Below, in pieces: positions 1 to 12,986 of a DNA stretch of 64,000 nt (position 1 is the stretch's first letter; every line of letters begins with the position of its first letter). The position numbers were made by a program, and so were the translations under genes. The notes under the pieces were generated by a model that did not search any database, was not told the DNA's origin, and saw only the letters and a program-made list of their open reading frames with translations. Origin of the DNA: an uncultured Solirubrobacterales bacterium (GTDB lineage: Bacteria; Actinomycetota; Thermoleophilia; Solirubrobacterales; Solirubrobacteraceae); NCBI GenBank assembly GCA_963717785.1, contig CAVQWW010000006.1:24190-88189 (forward strand), in the 5' to 3' direction.

Positions 1-281
1 ACGAGCGTGTCGTAGATCGCGGAGTCGCCGTGAGGGTGATAGTTGCCCATCACCTCGCCCACGATCTTCGCGCACTTGGCGTAGGAGCGGGTCGGGCCGA
101 GGCCGAGCTCGTTCATCGCGTAGAGCACGCGGCGGTGCACCGGCTTCAGGCCATCGCGCACGTCGGGCAGCGCGCGGCCGACGATCACCGACATCGCGTA
201 GTCGAGGTACGCGGTGCGCATCTCCTCCTCGAGCGCGCGCGGTTCGACGTTGCCGCCGCCTATCACGTCAGCGCTAGCCAT
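1..281 (-). CDS. gyrA: DNA gyrase subunit A, N-terminus (runs off window)
   Basis: Manual translation from ATG at 281: [51 protein letters not shown]...[13 protein letters not shown]; lies directly after gyrB. Confidence 0.97.
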   Translation of the reverse strand, partial: MASADVIGGGNVEPRALEEEMRTAYLDYAMSVIVGRALPDVRDGLKPVHRRVLYAMNELGLGPTRSYAKCAKIVGEVMGNYHPHGDSAIYDTL

Positions 282-291
282 CGTTCACCCC

Positions 292-2874
<2,583 letters not shown>

Positions 2875-2987
2875 TCACGGGGCCGCACAAGGGGTCGAAT
2901 CGCCTGCAAACAAGCCAAAAACGGGCCTTGCGAGGGCGCTGGCGCAGACGCGGGGCCTGCGGCGCGACAGGGCGAGCAGGCGGCGCC

Positions 2988-3269
2988 TCATCCGGTACGG
3001 CAGCGAAGCTCGCGCACGAGCTCCTCTCCGAGAACCGCGTTGAGGCGGGCGAGGACCTCCACCGCCATCAGGCTGAGCTCCTGCGCCCACACGGCCGCGG
3101 CGCACGTCACGGTGAGCACGCCGGAGCGCTCCGCGGTGGGGCGCGCCGCCTCGGCGACAGCCGCTCCGGCGGCCTGTGCCCACGCCCCTTGCACACGCGC
3201 CAGCGGGGTCGCGGGAGCGATCGTGGCGGTGAGGCTCTCCATCGCCAGCGCGAAGGGGCGAGGGGCCAT
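2988..3269 (-). CDS. DUF721/DciA family protein
   Basis: C-terminal part of the 2988..3839 ORF (W..AAG..VAEAARP...GVLTV...AVWAQEL); canonical position between recF and gyrB. Confidence 0.85.
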   Translation of the reverse strand: MAPRPFALAMESLTATIAPATPLARVQGAWAQAAGAAVAEAARPTAERSGVLTVTCAAAVWAQELSLMAVEVLARLNAVLGEELVRELRCRTG

Positions 3270-3274
3270 GCGTC

Positions 3275-4393
3275 TCACGCCGCCAGCGCCTCCCGCAGGA
3301 CGGCGCCCGGGGCGATGCGCAGGCGTGCGGTGCGCGCATCGGCGGCAGCGGGCACGTGCGCGAGGTCGGTGGTGGCGATCACGCTCTGCCCGCCGCTGGC
3401 GAGCTCGCCGCAGAGCAGCTCGCGGCGGTGGGAGTCGAGCTCGCTCATCACATCGTCGAGCAGCATCAGCGGCGTGCCGCTGCGCTGCTCGGCCAGCACC
3501 GCGCGCTCGGCCATCAGCAGCGCGAGCAGGGTCAGGCGCTGCTCGCCCTGGGAGCCGTACGTGCGCAGCTCGCGCCCCTCGCGCAGGAACGCCAGCTCGT
3601 CGCGGTGGGGCCCGTGGGCGCTGAAGCCCCGCTCCAGCTCGCCCGCGAGGCGCTCCTGCAGCTCCGCGACGAACTCCTCGGGGTCGGCGGCGCGCGAGCG
3701 GGGGCGGTACTCCAGCGACGCTCCCCCATCGAGCCCGAGCTGCTCGGCGCGCTCGGCGAACGGGGCGCTCACGAGCTCCACCGCCGCGGCGCGATCCTCG
3801 CGCAGCGCGACCGCGTGGACCGCCAGCTCGCGGTCCCACGAGGGCAGCGTCTCGCGCGAGGCCCTCCCCGCGCGGATCGCGCCCAGCAGCGCGTTACGCT
3901 GCGCCAGCGCGCGTGCGTACGCGCGGCGCGTGGCGGTGCGCAGCGGCCAGATCGCCGCCACGAGGCGATCGATGTGCGCGCGGCGCAGGGCTGGAGCTCC
4001 CTTCAGCAGCTCCAGGCGATCGGGTAGGAACACGCTCACCAGCGGGCGCGTCTGCACATCGACCATGCGCTCGACCACGGCCCCATCGACGCGCATGCGC
4101 TTCACGGGCCGCTCGCTGTCGGGGAAGACCCCGTACCCCACGCTCAGCTCGTGCTCCTCTGAGCCATCGGCGGCGCGCACCTCCACGCGCGTGGCCTGGC
4201 ACCCGAAGCGCACCAGCTCGCGCTCGTTGCGCGTGCGCAGCGCATGTCCGGTGCAGCCGAAGTAGAGCGCCTCCAGCAGGTTCGACTTGCCGGCGCCGTT
4301 GGGCCCGTGCACGACCGTCAGCCCCTCGCCCAGGTGCGCCTCCGCGCGCGCGTAGGAGCGGAAATCGCGCAGTTGGACGCTCAACACCCTCAC
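3275..4393 (-). CDS. recF: DNA replication/repair protein RecF
   Basis: FRSY, GPNGAGKSNLLEA, GPHRDEL, GSQGEQR, LLDDVMSELD. Confidence 0.97.
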   Translation of the reverse strand: MRVLSVQLRDFRSYARAEAHLGEGLTVVHGPNGAGKSNLLEALYFGCTGHALRTRNERELVRFGCQATRVEVRAADGSEEHELSVGYGVFPDSERPVKRMRVDGAVVERMVDVQTRPLVSVFLPDRLELLKGAPALRRAHIDRLVAAIWPLRTATRRAYARALAQRNALLGAIRAGRASRETLPSWDRELAVHAVALREDRAAAVELVSAPFAERAEQLGLDGGASLEYRPRSRAADPEEFVAELQERLAGELERGFSAHGPHRDELAFLREGRELRTYGSQGEQRLTLLALLMAERAVLAEQRSGTPLMLLDDVMSELDSHRRELLCGELASGGQSVIATTDLAHVPAAADARTARLRIAPGAVLREALAA

Positions 4394-5500
4394 ACGTTGA
4401 GTCGAATGGGCATTATCAGGTAGACGAAGTCATCGCCCTCGGGAGACTCGATCAGCCCCGGGCGCAGCGGGCTGATCAGCTTCATCATCGAGCTCCTCGG
4501 ACTCCACGCTCTCCAGCCCATCGCGCAGGAACTCGGGGTTGAAGCCGATCTCGAAGGGCTCGCCGTGGAAGGGCGCGGGGATCGTCTCGCTGGCCTCGCC
4601 CACGTCCGGGGTTTGGGCGGAGACCGTCAGCTCCCCCTCGCGGAACCCCAGGCGCAGCGGGGCGTTCTTCTGAGCGAGCAGGCTGATGCGGCGCACGACC
4701 TCGGTCAGCTCGGTGGTGGCGAGGCGCAGCTCGTGCTCGACGGACTCCGGCAGCAGTTGGCGGTAGTTGGGGAACTGCCCATCGAGCAGGCGCGAGGAGA
4801 GGGTCACGCCGTCGAGCTCGAAGATCACCTGGTTCTGGCCCACGCTCACGGTGAGCGCCGTGCTCTGCGCCTGCTGGGCGATACGCACGAGCTCCTGCAG
4901 GGCGCGCGCGGGGATGTTCGCCTCCAGCGACCCCTGCAGGGGCGAGTCGAGCCGCGTCTGCTTGACGCTGAGGCGGTAGGAGTCGGTGGCGACCATGCGC
5001 AGCTCCTGCTCGCTCGCGGACATCAGGATCCCGGTGAGGATCGGGCGGGTCTCATCGCGCGAGGCCGAGCGCGCGACGCGCGTCACGGTCTGCACGAACG
5101 CCTCGGCCGGCAGCGCCACCTGAGTATCGGGCGCGGCGGTGGGCAGCGCCGGAAAGTCCTCCACGCGCAGCGTGCGCAGGTGGAAGGTGGCGGGTCCCGA
5201 GATCAGCTCGACGTCCTGCTCGGCGGCGCGCAGCTCGAGCGACACCTGCTCGTCGGGCAGCGCGCGGACGACATCCAGCAGCAGACGCGCGGGGAGAACG
5301 ACATCGCCGGGGCGTTCGATAGCGGCTTGCAGTGGGACGCAGAGGCCGACCTCCATGTCGGTGGCCAGCAGCTGAGCGGCATCGGCGGAGATCGACAGCT
5401 TCACGCCGGAGAGCGCCTGCACGGCGGTGCGCGTGGAGGCCACGCGGGTCACGGTTTGCAGCTGCGCGAGCAGCTCGGAGGTGAAGAGGGAGATCTTCAC
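4390..5500 (-). CDS. dnaN: DNA polymerase III beta clamp (one frameshift near 4490)
   Basis: ATDME, VATDSYRLS, GQFPNY, IGFNPEFL; alternate frame finishes ...LISPLRPGLI...YLIMPIRLNV* with TGA overlapping the recF GTG. Confidence 0.96.
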
Positions 5501-5644
5501 GGTTGCGATGACACCTTGGCGAAAGGGATTGTTTCAGTAGGGGCTGTGGGGTATGTGGATCGGCAGGTTTGGAGCCAGGTGGGAGCTGTGGAGGCTGTGG
5601 ATGGAGAGGGTGAACCGAGGAAGTGTTTCAGGCCCGGCGGTCAT
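5501..5644. promoter_or_regulatory. Putative oriC (dnaA-dnaN intergenic)
   Basis: Clustered degenerate DnaA boxes (TGTGG cores at ~5545, 5554, 5587, 5596); minus strand reads GATCCACATACCCCACAGCCCCTACTGAAAC, i.e. tandem box / GC tract / TAC arrangement. Confidence 0.75.
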
Positions 5645-7007
5645 CTACGTGTGGTTCTCCAGGCGGGTGCGCAGTTTGTGCACAGCCTCGCGCGTCGCGG
5701 TGTCGTTTGGAAGGCGTTCGTCGATGCGCCGCCACGCGTGCAGGACGGTGGTGTGGTCGCGTCCACCGAAGCGTCGCCCGATCGCTGGCAGCGATTCGCT
5801 GGTGAGCTCGCGCGCCAGGTACATGGCTAGCTGGCGGGGTTGAGCCACTCGCGCGACGCGTGTGCTGGAGAGCAGCTCCTGCTCGGAGACGCCGAACTGC
5901 TCGCACGCCGCCAGCTGGATGTCGGCGATCGAGTGGGAGGCTCCAACCGAGGCGGGGTAGAGCCCGTCGAGCACCTCGCTCAGCCAGCTCCTCCGTAAGC
6001 GCTCGCCCGGTGAGCGAGCCGAAGGCGACGACGCGGATCAGCGCTCCTTCGAGCGCGCGCACGTTGAGCGTTACGCGCTCGGCGATCAGCTCCAGCGCAC
6101 GCTCGTCGGCGAATTTGACCCCATCGTGCTGGGCGCGTTTGCGCAGGATCGCAAGGCGGGTGTTCAGATCGGGCGGTCCGATGTCAGCGACGAGCCCGGC
6201 CTCGAAGCGCTCGCGCAGGCGGTCCTCGAGCGCCTGCAGGTCGCGCGGTGGGCGGTCCGATGTCAGCACTACCTGGCTGCCCACGTCGTGTAGCCAGTTG
6301 AAGGTGTGGAAGAACTCCTCCTCGGTCTTGGCCTTGCGCTCGAGGAACTGTACGTCGTCGATCAGCAGCACGTCGACGTGGCGAAAGCGAGCCTTGAAGC
6401 GATCCACGCGCCCCTCGCCGAGCGCGAGCACGAACTCGTTCGTGAAGGACTCCCCCGTGCCGGCGCGCAGCACCAGCTCCGGGCTGTGGCTCGCGAGCAG
6501 CGTGGCGATCGCGCGCAGCAGGTGCGTCTTGCCGACGCCGGGGGGGCCGCAGATGAACAGCGGGTTGTATGCCTGCGCCGGCATCTCCGCGACCGTCAGC
6601 GCCGCGGCGTGGGCGAGCCGGTTGGAGTCGCCGATCACGAACTGATCGAACGTGAGCTTCGGGTTGCCCAGCAGCTCGGGCTCGCTTGGGGCATCGGGCG
6701 CAGCTGGGTCTCTCTCTCGACTGCCGCTCCGCGCCCGGGGTGGGGCGTCGCTGCGCCCCAGCTGGCGCTCCACGACGTCAACGGTGGTGTTGGGCCCCAG
6801 AACCGCGGCTGCGCACGTCTGCAGCAGCCGCCCGAAGCGCTCGCGAATCCAGCCGCACGCGTGCGGCGGCGCGTCGATCAGCAGCCGCTCCTCCGTGAGC
6901 TCGCGCGCGCGCAGGGGCTCGAGCCAGATGCGGTAGGTGGGCTCGTCGACGGCCGCGGCAAGCTCGGCTTGCACGCGCGACCATGTGTGCTCCAACTCGG
7001 CGCTCAC
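5645..7007 (-). CDS. dnaA: Chromosomal replication initiator DnaA (one frameshift near 5980)
   Basis: [52 protein letters not shown]; domain IV ([23 protein letters not shown]) is in ORF 5645..5974. Confidence 0.97.
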
Positions 7008-7362
7008 GGCAGCGTTGATCCGCCCCTCCAGGGGAAGTAAGTGGCTATTTATCGGGTCCCGCCCGCCCATCCCGTCCACTCCTCCGCCAAGGAGGAGCCT
7101 AGCCGGGCGAATATACCCAAAGCCTCCCTCCCTGCGCCGTTCGCATGGCCGCAATTGGCGGGAAATTCTGTGGCGCCCCCGTATCTCCCCGGGGCCGGGG
7201 ATCTCCGGCGCGCGAGACGGGTATACTGGCCATCTGGAAAGCGCCCGCCGGCTGCACTGGCGAGCTGCTTCGGCAGCCGCGCGGGTCCGCACGACGCGGC
7301 CCCCGCAGGACCGGCCCTGCCGGTCCCCATCTCTTTCTTCCCGATCCCACTCGCAAACGACC

Positions 7363-7497
7363 ATGAAGCGCACCTACCAGCCCAAGAAGCGCAAGCGTGC
7401 CCGCACGCACGGGTTTCGCGCCCGCATGCGCACGCGCGCGGGGCGTCTCACGCTCAAGCGCCGCCGCGACAAGGGCCGCAGGCGCCTGTCCGCTTGA
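7363..7497 (+). CDS. rpmH: 50S ribosomal protein L34
   Basis: [28 protein letters not shown]...RRLSA. Confidence 0.98.
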   Translation: MKRTYQPKKRKRARTHGFRARMRTRAGRLTLKRRRDKGRRRLSA

Positions 7498-7510
7498 CGG
7501 GGCCGGCGCG

Positions 7511-7901
7511 ATGAGGCCGCCCTCCTCCCGCCGCGGTCGTCTTTCGCGCAGCGCGGAGTTCGAGCGCGTGTACCGCCAGGGACGCTCCTCCGCCAACCGC
7601 CACCTGGTGCTCTACGCCTTCCCGAACCCCGCCTCCGAGCGCCCGCGGCTGGGGCTCTCGGTCTCGCGCAAGGTGGGCGGCGCGGTCGAGCGCAACCGCG
7701 TGAAGCGGCTGCTGCGCGAGGCGTTCGCGCAGGCGCGGGACACCCTCAGCGCGGGCTACGACGTGGTTGTGGTGGCGCGCCCGGACGTCCGCGAGCTCGC
7801 CGAGCGCGAGGGGCTCGCCGGGGTCGATGCGGCGCTCGCGGAGCTGCTGGAGAAGTCCGGCCTGCGGGGTCCGCAGACGCGCCGTGGAGGGGTCCGCGTG
7901 A
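7511..7901 (+). CDS. rnpA: Ribonuclease P protein component (reads in frame into yidD in this sequence)
   Basis: [37 protein letters not shown]; end approximate. Confidence 0.93.
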
Positions 7902-8155
7902 GTCGCTCCGCGCGCACCGGTGCTCGTGCGGTGGCGCGGGCGCCGATCCTCGCCTACCAGCGCGTGCTCTCGCCCGCGCTGCCGCGGCGCTGCAAGTACG
8001 AGCCCACGTGCTCGCGCTACGCGCTCGAGGCGATCGAGCGCTATGGGGTGCTGCGCGGAGGCGTGCTCGCGGCGTGGCGCCTCTTGAGGTGCAACCCGTG
8101 GAGCCACGGCGGGTACGATCCCGTGCAGGCCCAGCGCCTCTTCAGGGCCACCTGA
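7898..8155 (+). CDS. yidD: Membrane protein insertion efficiency factor YidD
   Basis: [23 protein letters not shown]...[16 protein letters not shown]; GGAGG upstream of GTG 7898. Confidence 0.93.
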   Translation: MSRSARTGARAVARAPILAYQRVLSPALPRRCKYEPTCSRYALEAIERYGVLRGGVLAAWRLLRCNPWSHGGYDPVQAQRLFRAT

Positions 8156-8160
8156 CTCGC

Positions 8161-9127
8161 ATGCCCATCTTCGCCAACATCACCGAAATCATCGAGGAAG
8201 CGTTCGGCCCGCTGATCTCGCTGTTCGAGTCGATCCTCGTGTTCATCCACGAAAACATCGTGGGCGGGAGCTGGGGCCTGGCGATCATCGGCCTGACGGT
8301 GGTGGTGCGCGCGGTGATGGTGCCGCTCACGGTGAGCCAGTTCCGCTCGATGCAGCGCATGCAGGCGCTCGCGCCCCAGATCAAGGCGCTCCAGGAGAAG
8401 TACAAGGACGACAAGCAGCGCCAGCAGCAGGAGATGATGAGGTTCTACCGGGAGAACAAGGTCAACCCGTTCGCCTCCTGCCTGCCGATCGTGCTGCAGC
8501 TGCCGGTGTTCATCTCGCTCTTCTACATGCTCCGCCAGGAACTCAAGCTCGACATCTGCGGGCCCGCGCTGCGCCAGCACTTCCACGTGGTCACCAACAG
8601 CGCGATCACCTCGAGCAAGCACCTCGTCGAGCGAACTGCAGAGCATCACCTGCAACCAGGTCGCGCCGCACTCCGCGAAGTTCCTGTTCATCCCGGACAT
8701 CACCGCGCAGGCGACGGGCGCCGTGCTGATCGTGCTGCTCGCTCTCTACATCGGCTCGCAGCTCGCCTCGACGCTGATGATGAGCGCCACCGCCGACAAG
8801 AACCAGCGCCGCATGATGCTCGCGCTGCCGCTGGTGTTCGTGCTGTTCATCTTCCGCTTCCCCGCCGGGCTGCTGGTGTACTGGATCACCACCAACCTCT
8901 GGACGATGGGCCAGCAGTACTTCGTGCGCCGCGGCGTCGGACCCCCCGCGGCGCCCGCCGGCAAGGGATCCGATGCGAGCACCGATGGAGCATCCGCGAA
9001 CGGCAAGAAGAGCCTGCCCGGCGTGCCCAAGAGCGAGCCCGCCCTCGCGGGAGTGGGCGGCGGCGGGGCGGCCACACCTCCTCCCCCACCGCGCAAGAAG
9101 AAGAAGCGCTCGGGGCGGCGGCGATGA
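8161..9127 (+). CDS. yidC: Membrane protein insertase YidC (frameshift near 8625)
   Basis: WGLAIIGLTVVVR, QQEMMRFYRENKVNP..SCLP..LQLPVF; second frame PAGLLVYWITTNLWTMGQQY. Confidence 0.95.
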
Positions 9128-9621
9128 GCGCCCCCGCGGCCGAGCCCGCAGCGGATGGGGAGGACCCGCTGGACCCGCTGGACGTGCTCGCCGATCTGCT
9201 CGAGGAAATCGTCGATGGCCTGGGCCTCGACGTCGAGATCGAGGTCGAGGAGTCCGACGGCGTGCTCACGGGCTTCGTCGAAGGCGACGACGTGGGCCTG
9301 TTCATCGGCCGCCGCGGGCAGACGATCGACGCCGTGCAGCACCTCGCGCAACGGATCGTCTTCCGTGGCGGGCCCGCCACGGCGCGCGTGGTGATCGACG
9401 CCGACGGCTACCGCGAGCGCCGTGCGCGCGTGCTGCGCGAGGACGCCGAGGACGCCGCCGAGGAGGCCCTGCGCTCGGGACAGCCGGTGGAGCTCGACCC
9501 GATGCCCGCCTCCGAGCGGCGGGTGGTGCACGAGCACCTGCGCGAGCGCGGGGACGTGCAGACGCACTCCGAGGGCGAGGAACCCGAGCGGTATCTGGTC
9601 GTCTCGCCGCTTGCGGATTGA
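9124..9621 (+). CDS. jag: Jag/EloR RNA-binding protein (KH + R3H)
   Basis: GLFIGRRGQTIDAVQHL, PMPASERRVVHEHL, THSEGEEPERYLVV. Confidence 0.93.
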   Translation: MSAPAAEPAADGEDPLDPLDVLADLLEEIVDGLGLDVEIEVEESDGVLTGFVEGDDVGLFIGRRGQTIDAVQHLAQRIVFRGGPATARVVIDADGYRERRARVLREDAEDAAEEALRSGQPVELDPMPASERRVVHEHLRERGDVQTHSEGEEPERYLVVSPLAD

Positions 9622-9623
9622 GT

Positions 9624-9637
9624 GTTTCACGTGAAAC
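9624..9637. promoter_or_regulatory. parS site 1
   Basis: Perfect palindrome GTTTCACGTGAAAC, the known parS consensus, upstream of parAB. Confidence 0.93.
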
Positions 9638-9702
9638 CTTCTTTAAAGCTCCGCCCCGGAGGGGCTCCGCCGTGGGGCCGCGTAGACCGCCCCCGACGCT
9701 GA

Positions 9703-10413
9703 ATGGCCGTTTCACGTGAAACGGAACATCTGAGGGCTCTGGGTGGGCGGTATGGGTTGAGCGACCATCAGCAGGCCCAGATGGCCGCGATCCTCGCCGA
9801 GTTGGCCGCCGATGCACGGGCACCGAGCACGGTGCGCGATCCGTGCGAGGCGCTGGACGTGCACCTCGCGGATTCGCTGGCTGGGTTGGAGTTCGAGGCT
9901 GTCAGGTCCGCCGCTTCGCTGGCCGATCTGGGCGCCGGGGCCGGGTTCCCCGGGCTGGCGCTGGCCGTGGCCCTGCCGCGCTGCACCGTCGCCCTCGTGG
10001 AGAGCCAGGCGCGCAAGTGCGCGTTCATCGAGCGGATGGTCGGTGCGGCTGCTGTGAAGAATGCCCGCGTGGTGTGCGCCCGCGCGGAGGAGTGGGCGGA
10101 GGGGAGCGGGGCCAACGACGTCGTGGTGGCGCGCGCATTGGCGGCGCAACCGGTGGTGCTCGAGTACGCGGCCCCGCTGCTGCGCCTGGGAGGGGCGCTG
10201 GTCGATTGGCGGGGACAACGCGACCGTGGGGAGGAGGCTGTGGCGGCGATCGCGGGCGCGGAGCTGGGTCTGCGCCGCATTGAGATTCGGCGGGTTGAGC
10301 CCTACGCGGGCGCCCGCAACCACCACCTGCACGTGTACGAGAAGGTGGAGGAGACCCCCGCGCGCTACCCGCGCCGTGCAGGCGTCGCTCGCAAGCGCCC
10401 ACTCGGTTGCTAG
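9703..10413 (+). CDS. rsmG: 16S rRNA m7G methyltransferase RsmG (GidB)
   Basis: HLADSL, ADLGAGAGFPGL, VVARALA, YPRRAGVARKRPL. Confidence 0.95.
   Translation: MAVSRETEHLRALGGRYGLSDHQQAQMAAILAELAADARAPSTVRDPCEALDVHLADSLAGLEFEAVRSAASLADLGAGAGFPGLALAVALPRCTVALVESQARKCAFIERMVGAAAVKNARVVCARAEEWAEGSGANDVVVARALAAQPVVLEYAAPLLRLGGALVDWRGQRDRGEEAVAAIAGAELGLRRIEIRRVEPYAGARNHHLHVYEKVEETPARYPRRAGVARKRPLGC
9707..9724. promoter_or_regulatory. parS site 2
   Basis: CCGTTTCACGTGAAACGG palindrome, read as VSRET at the start of the rsmG ORF. Confidence 0.93.
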
Positions 10414-10425
10414 CTTCCCCGGGGA

Positions 10426-11184
10426 GTGGGCACCGTCTACGCGATCACCAACCAGAAGGGCGGCGTGGGCAAGACCACGACGGCCGTGAACGTCGCGGCG
10501 TGCATCGCGGAGGCCGGCTACGAGACGCTGCTGGTGGATGTCGATCCGCAGGCGAACGCGACGGTGGGGCTGGGGCTCTCCAGGACGCATGCCCCGGGGC
10601 TGTATGAGGTCCTGACGGGCGAGAGCGTGCCTGCGGAAGCGCTCGCGCCAACGCCCGTCTCCGGGCTGAGCATCCTGCCGGCGGGCGCCGGTCTGGCGGG
10701 CGCGAGCGTCGAGATGCCCCGCTTGGAGGGCTTCGAGGGGCACCTGCGCGAAAGCCTCGCGCCGATCCGCGAGCGCTTCGAGTACATCCTGCTCGACTGT
10801 CCCCCGTCGCTCGGCCCGCTGACGGTGAGCGCGCTGGTGGCCGCGGATCGCGTGATCGTGCCGGTGCAGACCGAGTACTTCGCGCTGGAGGGGCTCGCGG
10901 GGCTGCTGGATACGCTGGCGCTGGTGCAGCGCGAGCTCAACCCCCGCCTGACGGTCGCGGGGATGCTGCTGACGATGCACGACTCCCGCACGCGCCTGGG
11001 GCGCGATGTGGAGCGCGAAGTGCGCGCGCACTTCCCCGAGCTGGTGTTCGACACGGTGATCCCCCGCAACGTGCGCCTCGGGGAGGCCCCCAGCTACGGG
11101 CTGCCGGTGACCCACCACGACCCGCACAGCGCGGGCGCGGAGGCGTACTTCGAGTTGGCCAAAGAGGTCGCGGCGCGCGGGTGA
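10426..11184 (+). CDS. parA: Chromosome partitioning ATPase ParA/Soj
   Basis: NQKGGVGKTTTAVN, DPQANAT, DCPPSLG, PVQTEYFALEG, IPRNVRLGEAPS. Confidence 0.97.
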   Translation: MGTVYAITNQKGGVGKTTTAVNVAACIAEAGYETLLVDVDPQANATVGLGLSRTHAPGLYEVLTGESVPAEALAPTPVSGLSILPAGAGLAGASVEMPRLEGFEGHLRESLAPIRERFEYILLDCPPSLGPLTVSALVAADRVIVPVQTEYFALEGLAGLLDTLALVQRELNPRLTVAGMLLTMHDSRTRLGRDVEREVRAHFPELVFDTVIPRNVRLGEAPSYGLPVTHHDPHSAGAEAYFELAKEVAARG

Positions 11185-11242
11185 TGGCGGTTTTGGTGCC
11201 AAGAGCCCACGCCGGGAGTGCTTCCGTGGGAGAAGATCGAGG

Positions 11243-12142
11243 ATGAGCGCCCCCAAGCGCGGCATGGGCCGCGGCCTGGAGGCGATCCTGTCGGTGTCGA
11301 GCGCCGGCCAGGGCGTGCGTGAGGAGCTGCGCGAGATCCCCGTGGAGTTGATCTCGCCCAACCCGCGCCAGCCACGGCGGCGCTTCGACGAGGATTCCCT
11401 GCACGCGCTTGCGGGGTCGCTGGGGGAGAGGGGGGTGCTGCAACCGGTGCTCGTGCGCCCGCGCCCCGGCGGCGGGTACGAGCTCGTGGCCGGCGAGCGC
11501 CGCTGGCGCGCCGCGCAGCTGGCGCGGCTGGAGAGCATCCCCGCGCTCGTGCGCCCCCGCGACGACGCCCTCGCGCTGGAGGTGGCGCTGATCGAGAACA
11601 TGGCGCGCGAGGATCTCAACCCGATCGAGGAGGCCAACGCCTGCGTGGCCCTCGTGGAGGAGCTGGGCCTCACGCGCGAGCAGGTGGGGATCCGCGTGGG
11701 GCGCAGCCGCGTGGCGGTCTCCAACCTGCTGCGCCTGCTGGAGCTGCCCGAGGAGGCACTCGCGGCGATCGAGAACGGCACGCTCAGCGAGGGGCACGGA
11801 CGGGCGCTGCTCCTGGCCAAGGATCACACCGCGCGGCGGCGGTTGACGCGCGCGGCGGCGGCGGAGGGATTGTCGGTGCGCGTGTTGGAAGAGCGCGCGC
11901 GCCGGAGCAACGAGGCGGCGGGCGCAGCGAAGGGGGCCGGGCGCCGAGGCAAGGACCGGCTCCACCCCGATCAGGAAGCGGCTGCGGCCGAGATCTCCGA
12001 GGCATTCGCCGAGGCGCTCGGCTCCGAGGCGGGGGTTCGGCCTACGGCCGATGGGGGGTATCGGGTGGAGTTGGCCTTCGCATCGCGCGATGAGGCGCTC
12101 GCGCTCGCGCGCCGTCTGCGCGCGCGGCGAGACGGGCGCTAG
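11243..12142 (+). CDS. parB: Chromosome partitioning protein ParB/Spo0J
   Basis: GMGRGLEAI, PNPRQPRRRF, AGERRWRAA, ALIENMAREDLNPIEEA. Confidence 0.97.
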   Translation: MSAPKRGMGRGLEAILSVSSAGQGVREELREIPVELISPNPRQPRRRFDEDSLHALAGSLGERGVLQPVLVRPRPGGGYELVAGERRWRAAQLARLESIPALVRPRDDALALEVALIENMAREDLNPIEEANACVALVEELGLTREQVGIRVGRSRVAVSNLLRLLELPEEALAAIENGTLSEGHGRALLLAKDHTARRRLTRAAAAEGLSVRVLEERARRSNEAAGAAKGAGRRGKDRLHPDQEAAAAEISEAFAEALGSEAGVRPTADGGYRVELAFASRDEALALARRLRARRDGR

Positions 12143-12155
12143 AATCGCCGTCCGC

Positions 12156-12229
<74 letters not shown>

Positions 12230-12278
12230 TCCCCCGTCGGATTGCCCCCAGTCGCGCCGCATCCGCGTTGATAGGCCC

Positions 12279-12947
12279 TTAGGCGCCGCGGCTCCGGGCT
12301 GCGCTTGCAGGGGCTCCGCTCATGCCGGGCAGGGGAACCAACTGCCCCCCCGGTGGCGGGCTGCGGACCGCGCGCGCGTAAGCAAGCAGCTCGTGGGCGC
12401 TGCTCACCTCTCGAATCACGGCGATGCTCGTCCGCAGCCCGACCTCGGCGAGCGCTGCGGTGAGGCGATCGCTTGACAGTGAGCCCTCGTCGGGTCCAAA
12501 GGCGAACATGTAGGCGTTGGCCTCCCCATCGAGGCGTCCGATCCAGCTGGCCCCGGCGATGAGATCGACGGTGCCCAGCACGTCCATGAGGTCGGGGATC
12601 TGGGCGCCCTCGAATTGGGCTGTCACCAGGGTCATGCCGGGATGCACGGCGCCGTCGGCTGGGCGAGCGGCCTCCTCCTCCTCCGCCTGCCGCCGCTGTC
12701 CCGCGTCCAGGAAGTAGTGACCCTTCGGCTGACCGGGCTTCGTCTGCTGCGTGTACGTAGGCTCGAAGGAGATCGCGCCAGCCTCAGACAGGGCCTTGAG
12801 TGCGTTCAGCACCGTTGTCTTTGCGAAGCCCTCCGGCTTCAGGCTCTTGGCTACCTCCGAGGGCGCCATCCGGCCCCTGAGCAACAGTTCCAGAATCCGC
12901 GAGGACAGCTCATCGCGGGCGTCTGTGTTGGCTAGATGACTGGTCAT
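12279..12947 (-). CDS. Winged-HTH transcriptional regulator with uncharacterised C-terminal domain
   Basis: From MTSHL at 12947: RILELLLRGRMAPSEVAKSL...KTTVLNALKALSEAGAI...PGQPKGHYFL (wHTH pattern). Confidence 0.7.
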   Translation of the reverse strand: MTSHLANTDARDELSSRILELLLRGRMAPSEVAKSLKPEGFAKTTVLNALKALSEAGAISFEPTYTQQTKPGQPKGHYFLDAGQRRQAEEEEAARPADGAVHPGMTLVTAQFEGAQIPDLMDVLGTVDLIAGASWIGRLDGEANAYMFAFGPDEGSLSSDRLTAALAEVGLRTSIAVIREVSSAHELLAYARAVRSPPPGGQLVPLPGMSGAPASAARSRGA

Positions 12948-12968
12948 GAGACAGACTGGTACCGTTTT

Positions 12969-12986
12969 CGGTCCAAATCGGGACCG
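12969..12986. promoter_or_regulatory. Inverted repeat in divergent promoter (candidate operator)
   Basis: CGGTCC-AAATCG-GGACCG plus nearby CGGGATCCCG and GGTCCC in the 73-bp divergent spacer. Confidence 0.45.
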
